Below, piece by piece: positions 7,660 through 16,814 of a stretch of DNA of 52,410 nucleotides (position 1 is its first letter; each line of letters starts with the position of its first letter). The notes under the pieces are model-generated. The model worked only from the letters and a program-made list of their open reading frames with translations, had not been told where the DNA came from and ran no database searches. The stretch is from an uncultured Eubacteriales bacterium (lineage in GTDB: Bacteria; Bacillota; Clostridia; Christensenellales; UBA1242), in assembly GCA_949096025.1 (NCBI GenBank), contig CARXKP010000005.1, forward strand, positions 1 to 52,410, given 5' to 3'. The translations under genes were made by a program, and so were the position numbers.

Positions 7660-9180
7660 ATGAAAAATAATGTCGGTAAAGGTGCTTTTGTTTTAGTTGT
7701 AAGTGGAATTATCTGCAAATTTTTTGGCGGACTGTTTAGGCTTCCGCTTACAAATATTGTCGGTATGGAGGGGATTGGCATTTTTCAAATGATAATGTCA
7801 ATATATTCGCTTGCTTTAGTTTTTGTTTCTGGAGGTGTAACAAATGCTCTTTCTAAACTTATTTCCAGTGCAAGAGCAAGAGGCGATAATAAGATTATCG
7901 GCTCATACCTCAGATATGGTGTTATTTTTAGTATTTCTTTTAGCCTTTGTATTTCTCTTTTCTTTCTGTTCTTTTCAAAACAAATTGCTTCTATTCAAGG
8001 CATAGCAGGTGGAGCGAACTCTTATCTTCTTATTGCTCTTATTTTGCCACTTGGTGCTTTTGTTGGAGTTATGAGAGGTCTTATTCAAGGGTATAGCAAT
8101 ATGACGCCAACTGCAGTAAGCCAAATTATTGAACAGGTTTCAAAGTTTGCTTTTGGTCTAGTTTTTGCCTTTTGGCTTGGAAAGGATGGAATTGAAAAGG
8201 GTGTATTTGGTGCTTTTCTTGGTATAGTCATTAGTGAAGTACTTGCATCAATCTATCTTGGATGGACAAGTTTTCATATCGGAAAACTTGAGTTCGGAAA
8301 GGAAGGTAAAAAGGAATTTTTTAATGCATCACTTCCATTAACTTTTGGCGGTATTGTTATACCATTTTCTCACGCTGTTGAATCGCTATTTATAATTACG
8401 CTTCTATTAAAGTCTGGGTTAACTCGTGAAGTTGCAACATCTCTTTATGGACTGCAAACCGGGGTAGTAGGTGCTATACTCAACTTCCCATTAATTATAT
8501 CGGTTGCAGTTGCGGTTTCGCTTTTACCCAATCTTTCAAGACTTGCGTCAACGGGCGAAACGGAAGGACAAAGGGCTCTTGTTAGAAAATCTTTTCTTGC
8601 GATGTGGTATATTTTACTTCCACTTGTAGTTGGTATAATGTCAATAGCAGGAGAACTTTATCCTATTCTTTATGCTGGATTTGTTCAAAAATATATGAAG
8701 ATTGCCATTCAACTTACCCTGCTTAGTGGTATTTCTATAATACTAACCGCAATTATGCAGTTTTTGATTTCACTTCTTCAGGCAAATGGTTATTATAGTT
8801 ATTCTATGATTTTCAATATTATTGGAGGTGTGGGAAAACTTACTTTTCTATTTATTACTGCTCCGCTTTCAGAAATATCTATTTACTCTATAGCACTATC
8901 AAATATTGTCTTAGCGCTTATTGTTTCTATTTGTGTACTTATAAAACTTGGACATCTTATATCACTTCCATTTTTTGATGTTGTTTTACCATTGCTTTCG
9001 GTAATAATTATGTATATGGTGGTCAAAATTCTCTTATCTGTAGTTGGGGGATATCTAGGTTTATTTATTGCTGTTGTGCTTGGAGGGGGAATTTATTTTG
9101 TGCTATCACTGCCTATTGCGATTAATTATTTCAAAGTCATTGCTTCGCGATTTTTAACAAAACAGGAGGAAAATACTTGA
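7660..9180 (+). CDS. MOP-superfamily flippase (MurJ/SpoVB/polysaccharide biosynthesis protein type)
   Basis: 506 aa with about 14 predicted TM segments. N-terminus GAFVLVVSGIICKFFGGLFRLPLTNIVGMEGIG is typical of SpoVB/MurJ-like proteins. Confidence 0.75.
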   Translation: MKNNVGKGAFVLVVSGIICKFFGGLFRLPLTNIVGMEGIGIFQMIMSIYSLALVFVSGGVTNALSKLISSARARGDNKIIGSYLRYGVIFSISFSLCISLFFLFFSKQIASIQGIAGGANSYLLIALILPLGAFVGVMRGLIQGYSNMTPTAVSQIIEQVSKFAFGLVFAFWLGKDGIEKGVFGAFLGIVISEVLASIYLGWTSFHIGKLEFGKEGKKEFFNASLPLTFGGIVIPFSHAVESLFIITLLLKSGLTREVATSLYGLQTGVVGAILNFPLIISVAVAVSLLPNLSRLASTGETEGQRALVRKSFLAMWYILLPLVVGIMSIAGELYPILYAGFVQKYMKIAIQLTLLSGISIILTAIMQFLISLLQANGYYSYSMIFNIIGGVGKLTFLFITAPLSEISIYSIALSNIVLALIVSICVLIKLGHLISLPFFDVVLPLLSVIIMYMVVKILLSVVGGYLGLFIAVVLGGGIYFVLSLPIAINYFKVIASRFLTKQEENT

Positions 9181-9290
9181 TATTTTCTTAAAAATGCAAA
9201 TTTTTTGATGTTTTATTGTTGAATTATGTCTGTTTTTATAAATTTAAAATAATTTGAAATATTTTAAGCAAGATAAATGTGGAGGTTAAT

Positions 9291-10133
9291 ATGAAGATTA
9301 AAAAATATTTGTTATCATTTGTTTTAATTGTGCTTGCAAGTCTACTTTTAGTGAGCGGAGTAAAAGGGGAAGTTGATAATAAACGCATTGATGTTAAGGA
9401 AATGTCTTATGCTGAGGTTATTGAGTATGAGGAAGACGAAATCGACAAAGAATTTTCTGTTGAGGCATCAAAAAATAATCAATATGCTACAAATAGTAAT
9501 CAATTAGACAATACTGAAAAAGCTATAGAAGAAGTTAAACCAGAAGAGGTTTCTATATTAGTTTTTGGTAGTTCAAAGATTAGTCTTTCACCAGACATCG
9601 CAAAGATTTGTGCCTCTATCGAAACTCTTAACAACGATATGTCAAAATCAAAGGAAGAAAATTTTCAAACTTTTAATAAGGTCATAGCAAAATTAAAGGA
9701 ACTTGGAGTTGATGAGAAAGATATCATTCTCAACCATTTTAATTGTTATCCAAATTATGACTATGGCTGTGGTAGAAATATAATAGGATATCGTTCTACA
9801 ATTTCATTTTGCGTAAATGTAAAATCTCTTGATAAAATTAAAGATTATGTTAGTGCTATGACTGAAGAGGGTGTAACTCAAATATGTGATGTAGTATATG
9901 AAGTTTCTAATATTGAAGAAGAATATAACAATGCTCTTTCAAGTGCAGTCGATAATGCAAAAACAAAGGCAGAAAAGCTTTTATCTAGAAATGACCTAAA
10001 AATTGTAAGTATCAAAGAAGAATATGTTTATTCTCATAACTGTCTTTATAGAAGTTATGCTGAGGATTATTCAGCAAGCGATATGGTAGGCAAAGTTGAA
10101 ATTGAAGCAAAAGTTTTAGTTGAATTTAATTAA
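9291..10133 (+). CDS. Secreted SIMPL/DUF541-like protein
   Basis: Signal-peptide-like N-terminus (KKYLLSFVLIVLASLLLVSG). C-terminal ..ALSSAVDNAKTKAEKLL..LKIVSIKEE pattern. ATG 9291 follows GTGGAGG. Confidence 0.55.
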   Translation: MKIKKYLLSFVLIVLASLLLVSGVKGEVDNKRIDVKEMSYAEVIEYEEDEIDKEFSVEASKNNQYATNSNQLDNTEKAIEEVKPEEVSILVFGSSKISLSPDIAKICASIETLNNDMSKSKEENFQTFNKVIAKLKELGVDEKDIILNHFNCYPNYDYGCGRNIIGYRSTISFCVNVKSLDKIKDYVSAMTEEGVTQICDVVYEVSNIEEEYNNALSSAVDNAKTKAEKLLSRNDLKIVSIKEEYVYSHNCLYRSYAEDYSASDMVGKVEIEAKVLVEFN

Positions 10134-10176
10134 ATAAAAAAAATAGCATTAGGTTTAATCTAGTGCTATTTTATTT
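10134..10176. terminator. Bidirectional terminator
   Basis: aaatagcatta / tagtgctattt imperfect stem between convergent genes, flanked by an A-run and a T-run. Confidence 0.55.
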
Positions 10177-10485
10177 TAATTTTTTAACGAGGTCTAAAAT
10201 GGTTTGTTTATTTTCGGGCGATAAATTGTTAATCATTTCAAGTAAAATTTTGTCATCGTCTTTTAAAGAAGGGCAAAAGAATTCTGTTGTGGTAACCTGT
10301 AAAATATCCAAAATATCTAAAAGCATATCAAGTGTAAGTGCTATTTCACCACTTTCAACTCTATAAAAATAAGTTTTTGAATGTCCCAACTCTAAACCCA
10401 ATTTATAAGCCGATATGTTTCTAAGATTTCTAAAATAACCTATTCTATTTAAAATTTCTTCTTTTGTTAAGTTTATATTGACCAT
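10171..10485 (-). CDS. XRE-family HTH regulator, paralogue A (104 aa)
   Basis: HTH segment ISAYKLGLELGHSKTYFYRVESGE. C-terminal LSPENKQTILDLVKKLK is shared with paralogues C and D. Own RBS AGAGG. Confidence 0.8.
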   Translation of the reverse strand: MVNINLTKEEILNRIGYFRNLRNISAYKLGLELGHSKTYFYRVESGEIALTLDMLLDILDILQVTTTEFFCPSLKDDDKILLEMINNLSPENKQTILDLVKKLK

Positions 10486-10513
10486 TTAAATACCTCTAAC
10501 TATAAGCAAAGTT

Positions 10514-10762
10514 TTATTTTTCTTTTATTTCTAATTTTTCGAAATCAAAAAGTTCGCTATCAAAAAATTCTGTCATTGTCATTCCTAATGCTCTGATAAT
10601 AAGTGCCATATTTCTAAAGTTTGGTGTTTCATATTTACAATTTAAAATATCTGTCATAGTACTATGATATAGACCAGTTTCTTGTGCTAGTTTGTATTGT
10701 GTTATTTTCTTTTCTTTCAATATTTCTCTAACTCTTAATGCAAATGCTTTATTTAATTTCAT
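10514..10762 (-). CDS. XRE-family HTH regulator, paralogue B (82 aa, no C-terminal helix)
   Basis: ITQYKLAQETGLYHSTMTDILN HTH segment. Own RBS AAGGAA. Confidence 0.75.
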   Translation of the reverse strand: MKLNKAFALRVREILKEKKITQYKLAQETGLYHSTMTDILNCKYETPNFRNMALIIRALGMTMTEFFDSELFDFEKLEIKEK

Positions 10763-10797
10763 AGAAATTCCTTATAATTTTATCGATATATAAAAGT

Positions 10798-11154
10798 TTA
10801 TTTTAAATTTTTCATTAAATCTTTAACTCTCAGTTTATTTTCTTCACTTAACTTTTTATAAAGTTCAAAGATTTCTTTTGCTTCCTTATAATTAGCAATA
10901 TCTTCAAAGAAAAATTCTTCAGGAGTAGAACCACAATTTATGATCGCATCTAATAAAACCTCTGAAGGTAAAGTCAACTCTCCACCCTCAAATTTAGAGA
11001 TATATGCTTTAGACCTGTCTATTCTTCCTGATAATTCTCGCGCAGAAAGACCTGCTCTAATTCTCATCATACCAAGTCTATCAATTAAAAATTTTTGATT
11101 AGGCGAAACTTCTTTTTTCATAGTTTCATTCATTGATAAATTTTTATTACTCAT
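10798..11154 (-). CDS. XRE-family HTH regulator, paralogue C (118 aa)
   Basis: LSARELSGRIDRSKAYISKFEGGE HTH segment. C-terminal LSEENKLRVKDLMKNLK. Confidence 0.8.
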   Translation of the reverse strand: MSNKNLSMNETMKKEVSPNQKFLIDRLGMMRIRAGLSARELSGRIDRSKAYISKFEGGELTLPSEVLLDAIINCGSTPEEFFFEDIANYKEAKEIFELYKKLSEENKLRVKDLMKNLK

Positions 11155-11178
11155 TATAATACCTCTTAAGATAAAAAC

Positions 11179-11493
11179 TTATTTTAGTTTTTTCATTAAG
11201 TCCAAAATAGTTTGTTTGCTGTCTGTTGAAAGTTTGTTAAATAAGTCTAAAACATCTTTATTTTCTTTATTATAACTGTCACCCAAATAAACAAAATCTT
11301 GCAAAGTGATGTCTACCATATCGCAAAAATCTAAAAGAGTTTTAACTTTCAATTCAATACTTTTATTTTCTATAGTTGACATAAATTGAGGATTATAACC
11401 TAATCTCAAACTTGCTTCTCTCATAGATAAATTTGCTTTTGTTCGGAAATAACCAATTCTTTTTATAATGTCGTCATAAGTGATTTTTGTCAT
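11179..11493 (-). CDS. XRE-family HTH regulator, paralogue D (104 aa)
   Basis: N-terminus IIKRIGYFRTKANLS parallels paralogue A (ILNRIGYFRNLRNIS). C-terminal LSTDSKQTILDLMKKLK. Confidence 0.8.
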   Translation of the reverse strand: MTKITYDDIIKRIGYFRTKANLSMREASLRLGYNPQFMSTIENKSIELKVKTLLDFCDMVDITLQDFVYLGDSYNKENKDVLDLFNKLSTDSKQTILDLMKKLK

Positions 11494-11508
11494 AAAATTT
11501 TTTCCTTT

Positions 11509-11931
11509 TTATTCTTTATCTAATAAATCATTAATAGGGTAGTTAAAATATTTAGAAATTTCAATTAGGGTTTGTACACTTGGATGCATACCTTTTTTCC
11601 AACGAAGCAAGTTCACTCTTGAATAATGTAAGTCTTTACTAAACTTTCTTTGTGAAATACCCGAATTTTCAATAAGACTAATAATGTTTGCATACAAATT
11701 CTTTTGTTCTAAACTATAAGGCTTAAAATTATTTTCATTGCTCATTTCAAATAAATAATCTACAGTAACGCAAAGATAATTTGCAACTTTTATCAAAGTT
11801 TTTAAACTTGGATAACGATGTTTATATTTATAAAAAGTATTTTCTGAAATAATGCCATCATCAAACATATTTTGTATTGACAAGCTTTTTTCTTCTAAAA
11901 CCTCTTTTACCTCAGATATAAAATTAGACAT
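11509..11931 (-). CDS. Tandem double-HTH XRE-family regulator (140 aa)
   Basis: Two HTH-like repeats: ..SLKTLIKVANYLCVTVDYLF and ISQRKFSKDLHYSRVNLLRWKKG..VQTLIEISKYFNYPINDLL. Confidence 0.7.
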   Translation of the reverse strand: MSNFISEVKEVLEEKSLSIQNMFDDGIISENTFYKYKHRYPSLKTLIKVANYLCVTVDYLFEMSNENNFKPYSLEQKNLYANIISLIENSGISQRKFSKDLHYSRVNLLRWKKGMHPSVQTLIEISKYFNYPINDLLDKE

Positions 11932-11964
11932 TTCTTCAATCCTTAAAATATATCTTTATTATTT

Positions 11965-12010
11965 CCTAATTTGGAGCCATTTTGCTTGCAACTGCCTAAT
12001 TTGATGCCAT
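11965..12010. repeat. Two 16-bp direct repeats (candidate operators) in the divergent intergenic region
   Basis: CCTAATTTGGAGCCAT (11965-11980) and CCTAATTTGATGCCAT (11995-12010). They match at 14 of 16 positions and start 30 bp apart. Confidence 0.6.
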
Positions 12011-12015
12011 ATAAT
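11986..12015 (+). promoter_or_regulatory. Candidate promoter of the SLOG-like gene
   Basis: TTGCAA (11986-11991), 18 nt spacer, TATAAT (12010-12015). Repeat 2 covers the spacer and the edge of the -10. Confidence 0.4.
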
Positions 12016-12047
12016 ATAATTAGAAAAAGTTTTAATAGGAGATAAGT

Positions 12048-12608
12048 ATGAGAGGAGAAAAAATATGTTCATTCTTTGGTCATAGAGAGATTAAGGGTGG
12101 TGAAGAACTTAAAGCGAAAGTCAGTGAGGTTGTTGAAGATTTGATTGTTAATTATGGGGTATTAACTTTCTTATTTGGCAGGCAAAGTGAATTTGACTCA
12201 TTATGTCATTTGGTTGTTACTGAGTTAAAAGAAAAGTATCCTGATATAAAAAGGGTTGCTTACACTTGTAAAAACGAAACTTATGTATTAGAAAGTGAAA
12301 GACTTAAATGGGAAAAGATGTATTCTCATATACTAAAAAAGGATGTTTATTTGCTTGGGGTTGAAGAAGAGTTTGAGCATAAAGCAAAATATGTTGCTGG
12401 AAAAGCAAGTTATGTAGAAAGAAACAAGGCGATGATAGATAATAGTGATTTTTGTGTATTTTATTATGATGAAAATTACGAGCCTAAATTAAAAAAATTT
12501 TCAAAAAGTAAATTATGTTATTATCAACCAAAAAGTGGTACTAAAATTGCTTATGATTATGCCAAGCGAAAAATGAAAACAATAATCAACTTATCCGAAA
12601 ATATGTAA
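12048..12608 (+). CDS. SLOG/DUF1273 (YpsA-like) family protein
   Basis: N-terminal CSFFGHREI, then ..YVERNKAMIDNSDFCVFYY.. and ..SGTKIAYDYAKRKMKTIINL, matching the remembered DUF1273 pattern. The glycine-rich loop is altered (FGRQSEFD). RBS AGGAG. Confidence 0.55.
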   Translation: MRGEKICSFFGHREIKGGEELKAKVSEVVEDLIVNYGVLTFLFGRQSEFDSLCHLVVTELKEKYPDIKRVAYTCKNETYVLESERLKWEKMYSHILKKDVYLLGVEEEFEHKAKYVAGKASYVERNKAMIDNSDFCVFYYDENYEPKLKKFSKSKLCYYQPKSGTKIAYDYAKRKMKTIINLSENM

Positions 12609-12713
12609 GTTGAATATAATAAAGATTTTTATTATTAATATTAAATATATATTTATTAATAAAATAACTAATTAAAAGGGAAAGATTTTGTATTTTGTAA
12701 TAATCTAGTTTGG

Positions 12714-12745
12714 AAGGCTGTATATTAATTTAGGACAGCCTTTTT
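12714..12745 (+). terminator. Rho-independent terminator
   Basis: aaggctgt / acagcctt stem with a 13-nt loop and a T5 run. Confidence 0.6.
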
Positions 12746-12764
12746 GGCTGATAAAGGTGAGAAG

Positions 12765-13520
12765 TTGTCGATTTTAATTTTACTATTACTAGGTCTTGTT
12801 CAAGGATTATGTGAATTTTTGCCTATTTCATCAAGTGGTCACTTGGTGCTTTTATCAAGATTATTTGGTGTAAGTGATAGTTTATTTGTGAGCATAGTTT
12901 TGCATATTGCAACTCTTCTTTCACTTGTTATAGTAATGAGGAAAGAGGTATTTTATTTAATCCGCCACCCATTTTCAAAAGAAGCAATGAGTATTGTAAT
13001 AACAACAATAATTACCTGTGTTGTAACGATTGTTTTAATGCCACTTATCTCTGCTTCATTTGAAGGTGCATTTTTACCTATATCTTTTCTTCTTAGTGCT
13101 ATTCTTTTATTTGTTTCACAAAAACTTAATCGTAATGATGGAAAAGTTAATTTTAAGAGGGCTAGCATAATTGGACTAGCCCAAGGTTTTGCGATTTTTC
13201 CTGGGCTTTCTAGGTCTGGTACTACCATTACAGCAGGAATGATTAGTGGAGCAAGCAAAGAGGAAAGTACAAGATTTTCATTTTTAATTAGTTTGCCGAT
13301 TGTTGTAGGCTCGCTCATTTTGGAAATAGTAAAAATCTTTATCTATAAAGAACCTATTTCTGTCAACTGGCTTGGACTTGCTTTTTCATTTATCGTTGCT
13401 TTTATTGCTGGAATACTAACGATAAAATTTATGCTTAATCTCACTAAAAAACTCAATTTTAAATATTTTGCCTATTATTTAATAGTACTCGCGATAGTTT
13501 CTGCTATATTTTTATGGTAA
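12765..13520 (+). CDS. uppP: Undecaprenyl-diphosphate phosphatase
   Basis: Signature EFLPISSSGHL and FPGLSRSGTTI in a multi-TM protein. The track start 12744 (TTG) lies in the terminator T-run. TTG 12765 after AAAGGTGAG is preferred, but the start remains uncertain. Confidence 0.85.
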   Translation: MSILILLLLGLVQGLCEFLPISSSGHLVLLSRLFGVSDSLFVSIVLHIATLLSLVIVMRKEVFYLIRHPFSKEAMSIVITTIITCVVTIVLMPLISASFEGAFLPISFLLSAILLFVSQKLNRNDGKVNFKRASIIGLAQGFAIFPGLSRSGTTITAGMISGASKEESTRFSFLISLPIVVGSLILEIVKIFIYKEPISVNWLGLAFSFIVAFIAGILTIKFMLNLTKKLNFKYFAYYLIVLAIVSAIFLW

Positions 13521-13590
13521 ATATTGAAAAAGGAAATGACAAAACATAATAAATGTGATAAAATATATACTAATTTAAAAGGGAGTAATT

Positions 13591-16227
13591 GTGAAAAGTT
13601 ATCATAATAAAAGCATTGAGCAAACCTTGATAGATTTTAATGTTACTACTAAAGGTTTAAGTGAAAAGGAAGTTATTGAGAGGGCTAGAACAAAAAGTGA
13701 TGCCGACGAAAAACCTAAAAAGCACGGAATAGTTAGCAGGTTCTTTGAGCAGTTTGCTGATTTAATGATTATCATTTTATTGGTGGCGGCTGCGGTATCA
13801 ATAGTCATTGGTATTGTTGAAAAAACTATGAGTGAAATTGTTGACGGTCTAATAATTTTATTTATTGTTCTTATGAATGCCGTTTTTGGAGTGGTTCAAG
13901 AGTATAAGGCTGAAAAATCGCTAGAAGCACTAAATAAACTTACTCAACCTGAGTGCTATGTAATGAGAGATGGGAACATCGTCAAAATTAACACAAAGGA
14001 TTTGGTAGCTGGTGATATAGTTATGCTTGAGGCAGGAACAATCGTTCCAGCAGACCTTAGACTTATTGAAAGTCACCAACTTAAAATAAATGAATCCTCT
14101 TTGACTGGTGAGAGTTTAGATGTTGAAAAACACGCTGAAAACATTTATAAAGAAGATGTAGCACTAGGCGAGCGTAAGAATATGGCTTACAAAGGCTCAA
14201 CTGTCAATGTCGGAAGGGGTATGGGTGTCGTAGTTTCTCTTGGAAGTGATACCGAATTTGGTAAGATTGCAAAGGTTATCACTGAAACAAACAAGGAAAT
14301 GACTCCTCTTCAAAAATCAATTAAAGATGTAGGTAGACTTTTAACTTATCTTGTTCTTGGAATTGCGGTTGTTACATTCATAATTGAAATATGTATTTCT
14401 CCGCTTAATGTAATGGATGCTTTCTTAACAGCGGTTGCAATTTCTGTTGCGGCAATACCTGAAAGTATGCCAGCGGTCATAACTATTATTATGAGTTTAG
14501 GTGTGGCAAGACTTGCAAAGCAAAGAGCGATAGTTAGGCGTATGCATTCAGTTGAAACACTTGGTTGTTGTGAAGTTATATGTTCTGATAAAACAGGTAC
14601 TATTACTGAAAACAAAATGACAGTTACATCAATGTATTTTAATGGAAATACTCAAAATAATAAATTTAGGCTTGATGAAATTGGGAAGAAGATGGTTATT
14701 GCTGGGGTTTTATGTAATGATACAAATCTTTCAAATGGAAAGATACTTGGAGACCCAACAGAGATTGCTCTTACCGAACTTGGCAGAACTTTAAATCTTG
14801 ACAAATTTAATCTTGATAATGATTATAAAAGACTTGATGAAATTCCTTTTGATTCTAATAGAAAACTTATGTCAGTACTTTGTGATTATGAGGGAAAGAC
14901 AATGTTTACAAAAGGTGCACCTGATCTTCTACTTGCAAGATGTAGTCATATAATGAAAGACGGAAAGGTAGTTTCTATCACTGAAAAAGATAGACAAAAT
15001 ATTATTTCTGCAAACGAAGAAATGAGTGGAAGGGCATTGAGAGTTATGGGCTTTGCCTTTAAATCTTATAATGATGGAGATAGGCTTGAAGAAGAAGGGC
15101 TTGTTTTCCTAGGCCTTATGGGTATGATTGATCCACCAAGAAAGGAAATTAAGGCTGCAGTTAAAAAATGTAAACGTGCAGGTATGCGTCCTGTTATGAT
15201 TACAGGTGATTATAGTAATACTGCCCTTGCGGTAGCAAAAGAAATTGGACTTGCAAAGTCTATGGATGAAGTTATTACAGGTGAACAACTCTCCAAAATG
15301 AGTGATGAAGAACTTGATGAGAGAATTAAAAAATGTTCGGTATTTGCAAGAGTCAGCCCTGAAGACAAGGTCCGCATTGTTGAAGCATTTAAGAGGGCGG
15401 GAAAGGTTGTTGCAATGACTGGTGACGGTGTCAATGACGCACCAAGTTTAAAGAGAGCAAGTATTGGTATTGGAATGGGTAAGACTGGAACAGATGTTGC
15501 TAAAGAGGTTTCTGATATTATTGTCACTGATGACAATTTTGCAACTATTGTTGTTGCGGTTGAAGAGGGAAGGAAGATTTATGGAAACATCCAAAAGACG
15601 GTTAAATTCTTATTCTCTGCAAACCTTGCCGAACTTCTATCATTATTCCTTGTCACTATCATTTTCCCTAAAAATATATTCTTATTTCCAGTTCAAATAT
15701 TGTTTGTAAACTTAATTACCGACTCGCTTCCTGCTATTGCTCTTGGTGTTGAACAGCCAGAAGCAAATCTGATGGAACAGCCACCTCGTGATAAAAATAA
15801 AGGTCTTTTCTCGAATGGTATTGGTACTTCTATTGTTATTTTAGGCGTACTGCAAACTGCTTTGGTTGTTGCTGTTTATGCTCTTGGAATAAAAATGTTT
15901 AGTGATACAGTTGCTGTTACTATGGCATTCTATACTCTTAACATTGTACAAATGTTCTATTTGACTTCGATGAGAACGAATGCTCCATTCTATAAATCTA
16001 AACCACATAAGAACCCATATTTCTTATTAGCTATTGCATTCTGTTTTGCTCTGCTTGCTCTGTTTGCATTTACTCCACTTAAAAATCTGCTATCGCTTGT
16101 TGCACTTACTGGCACTCAATGGGGAATTGTTTTTGGTTTCTCTGCTGCAATGTTTATCTTTAGTGAAATATATAAGGCTGTTGTTTATGTGGTTAAAAAG
16201 AGTAAGGACAAGAAAAAAGAGGCTTAA
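13591..16227 (+). CDS. P-type cation-transporting ATPase, Ca2+-type (P2, YloB-like)
   Basis: DKTGTITENKM phosphorylation site, TGDGVNDAPSLK hinge, PESMP in M4, 878 aa. GTG start after GGGAG. Confidence 0.9.
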   Translation: MKSYHNKSIEQTLIDFNVTTKGLSEKEVIERARTKSDADEKPKKHGIVSRFFEQFADLMIIILLVAAAVSIVIGIVEKTMSEIVDGLIILFIVLMNAVFGVVQEYKAEKSLEALNKLTQPECYVMRDGNIVKINTKDLVAGDIVMLEAGTIVPADLRLIESHQLKINESSLTGESLDVEKHAENIYKEDVALGERKNMAYKGSTVNVGRGMGVVVSLGSDTEFGKIAKVITETNKEMTPLQKSIKDVGRLLTYLVLGIAVVTFIIEICISPLNVMDAFLTAVAISVAAIPESMPAVITIIMSLGVARLAKQRAIVRRMHSVETLGCCEVICSDKTGTITENKMTVTSMYFNGNTQNNKFRLDEIGKKMVIAGVLCNDTNLSNGKILGDPTEIALTELGRTLNLDKFNLDNDYKRLDEIPFDSNRKLMSVLCDYEGKTMFTKGAPDLLLARCSHIMKDGKVVSITEKDRQNIISANEEMSGRALRVMGFAFKSYNDGDRLEEEGLVFLGLMGMIDPPRKEIKAAVKKCKRAGMRPVMITGDYSNTALAVAKEIGLAKSMDEVITGEQLSKMSDEELDERIKKCSVFARVSPEDKVRIVEAFKRAGKVVAMTGDGVNDAPSLKRASIGIGMGKTGTDVAKEVSDIIVTDDNFATIVVAVEEGRKIYGNIQKTVKFLFSANLAELLSLFLVTIIFPKNIFLFPVQILFVNLITDSLPAIALGVEQPEANLMEQPPRDKNKGLFSNGIGTSIVILGVLQTALVVAVYALGIKMFSDTVAVTMAFYTLNIVQMFYLTSMRTNAPFYKSKPHKNPYFLLAIAFCFALLALFAFTPLKNLLSLVALTGTQWGIVFGFSAAMFIFSEIYKAVVYVVKKSKDKKKEA

Positions 16228-16243
16228 CATAGCCTTTTTTTTC
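16214..16243 (+). terminator. Rho-independent terminator overlapping the ATPase stop codon
   Basis: aggct / agcct stem extended by A:T pairs, followed by a T-run. Confidence 0.6.
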
Positions 16244-16314
16244 TTATTTTTATATTGATTTTTATTCTTTTATATTGTATACTGATTGTATCAGTGATAA
16301 TGGAGGAAATAACT

Positions 16315-16803
16315 ATGAAATATGTTTTATCAAAAGATTTAAAAAGTGAACTTGGATATTATAATGATACTAAAGTTCCAGTATTTGAAACTGTTGATGA
16401 GTTTATAAATTATGAGCATCTTAGAAATAGATATGATGTTGAAAAAGAAGCTAAAAGGTTACAAGCAGGGGTTAGTGACGAAGAAATTTATAATTATGGA
16501 ATTTCTTATGTTTTACAAAATTGTAGAGAAAACGTAGAGCGAAATATTAGATATAAACAAAGTAATCTTCGTGTAAAAATGATGAATAAAGCAAAATTAA
16601 TGAAAGAAAAATATTTTGCTTTAGTTGAAACAAGAGTGTTAAGCTCTCACGATGAAACTTGTCTTATTAATCAAGGTTTATGTGCTACCGAGGAAGTTGC
16701 TAGAGAGTGTGCTAAATATTTAAAAGAACAAGAACTTATTAATGTTGATGTTTTGGATAAAGACGGCATAAATATTGAAGATGAAAGTGAAAGTTCACTA
16801 TAA
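16315..16803 (+). CDS. Hypothetical acidic protein (162 aa)
   Basis: ATG 16315 follows ATGGAGGA. The track's upstream extension is hydrophobic junk with no RBS. No recognisable domain. Confidence 0.55.
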   Translation: MKYVLSKDLKSELGYYNDTKVPVFETVDEFINYEHLRNRYDVEKEAKRLQAGVSDEEIYNYGISYVLQNCRENVERNIRYKQSNLRVKMMNKAKLMKEKYFALVETRVLSSHDETCLINQGLCATEEVARECAKYLKEQELINVDVLDKDGINIEDESESSL

Positions 16804-16814
16804 AAGTAGGTTTT

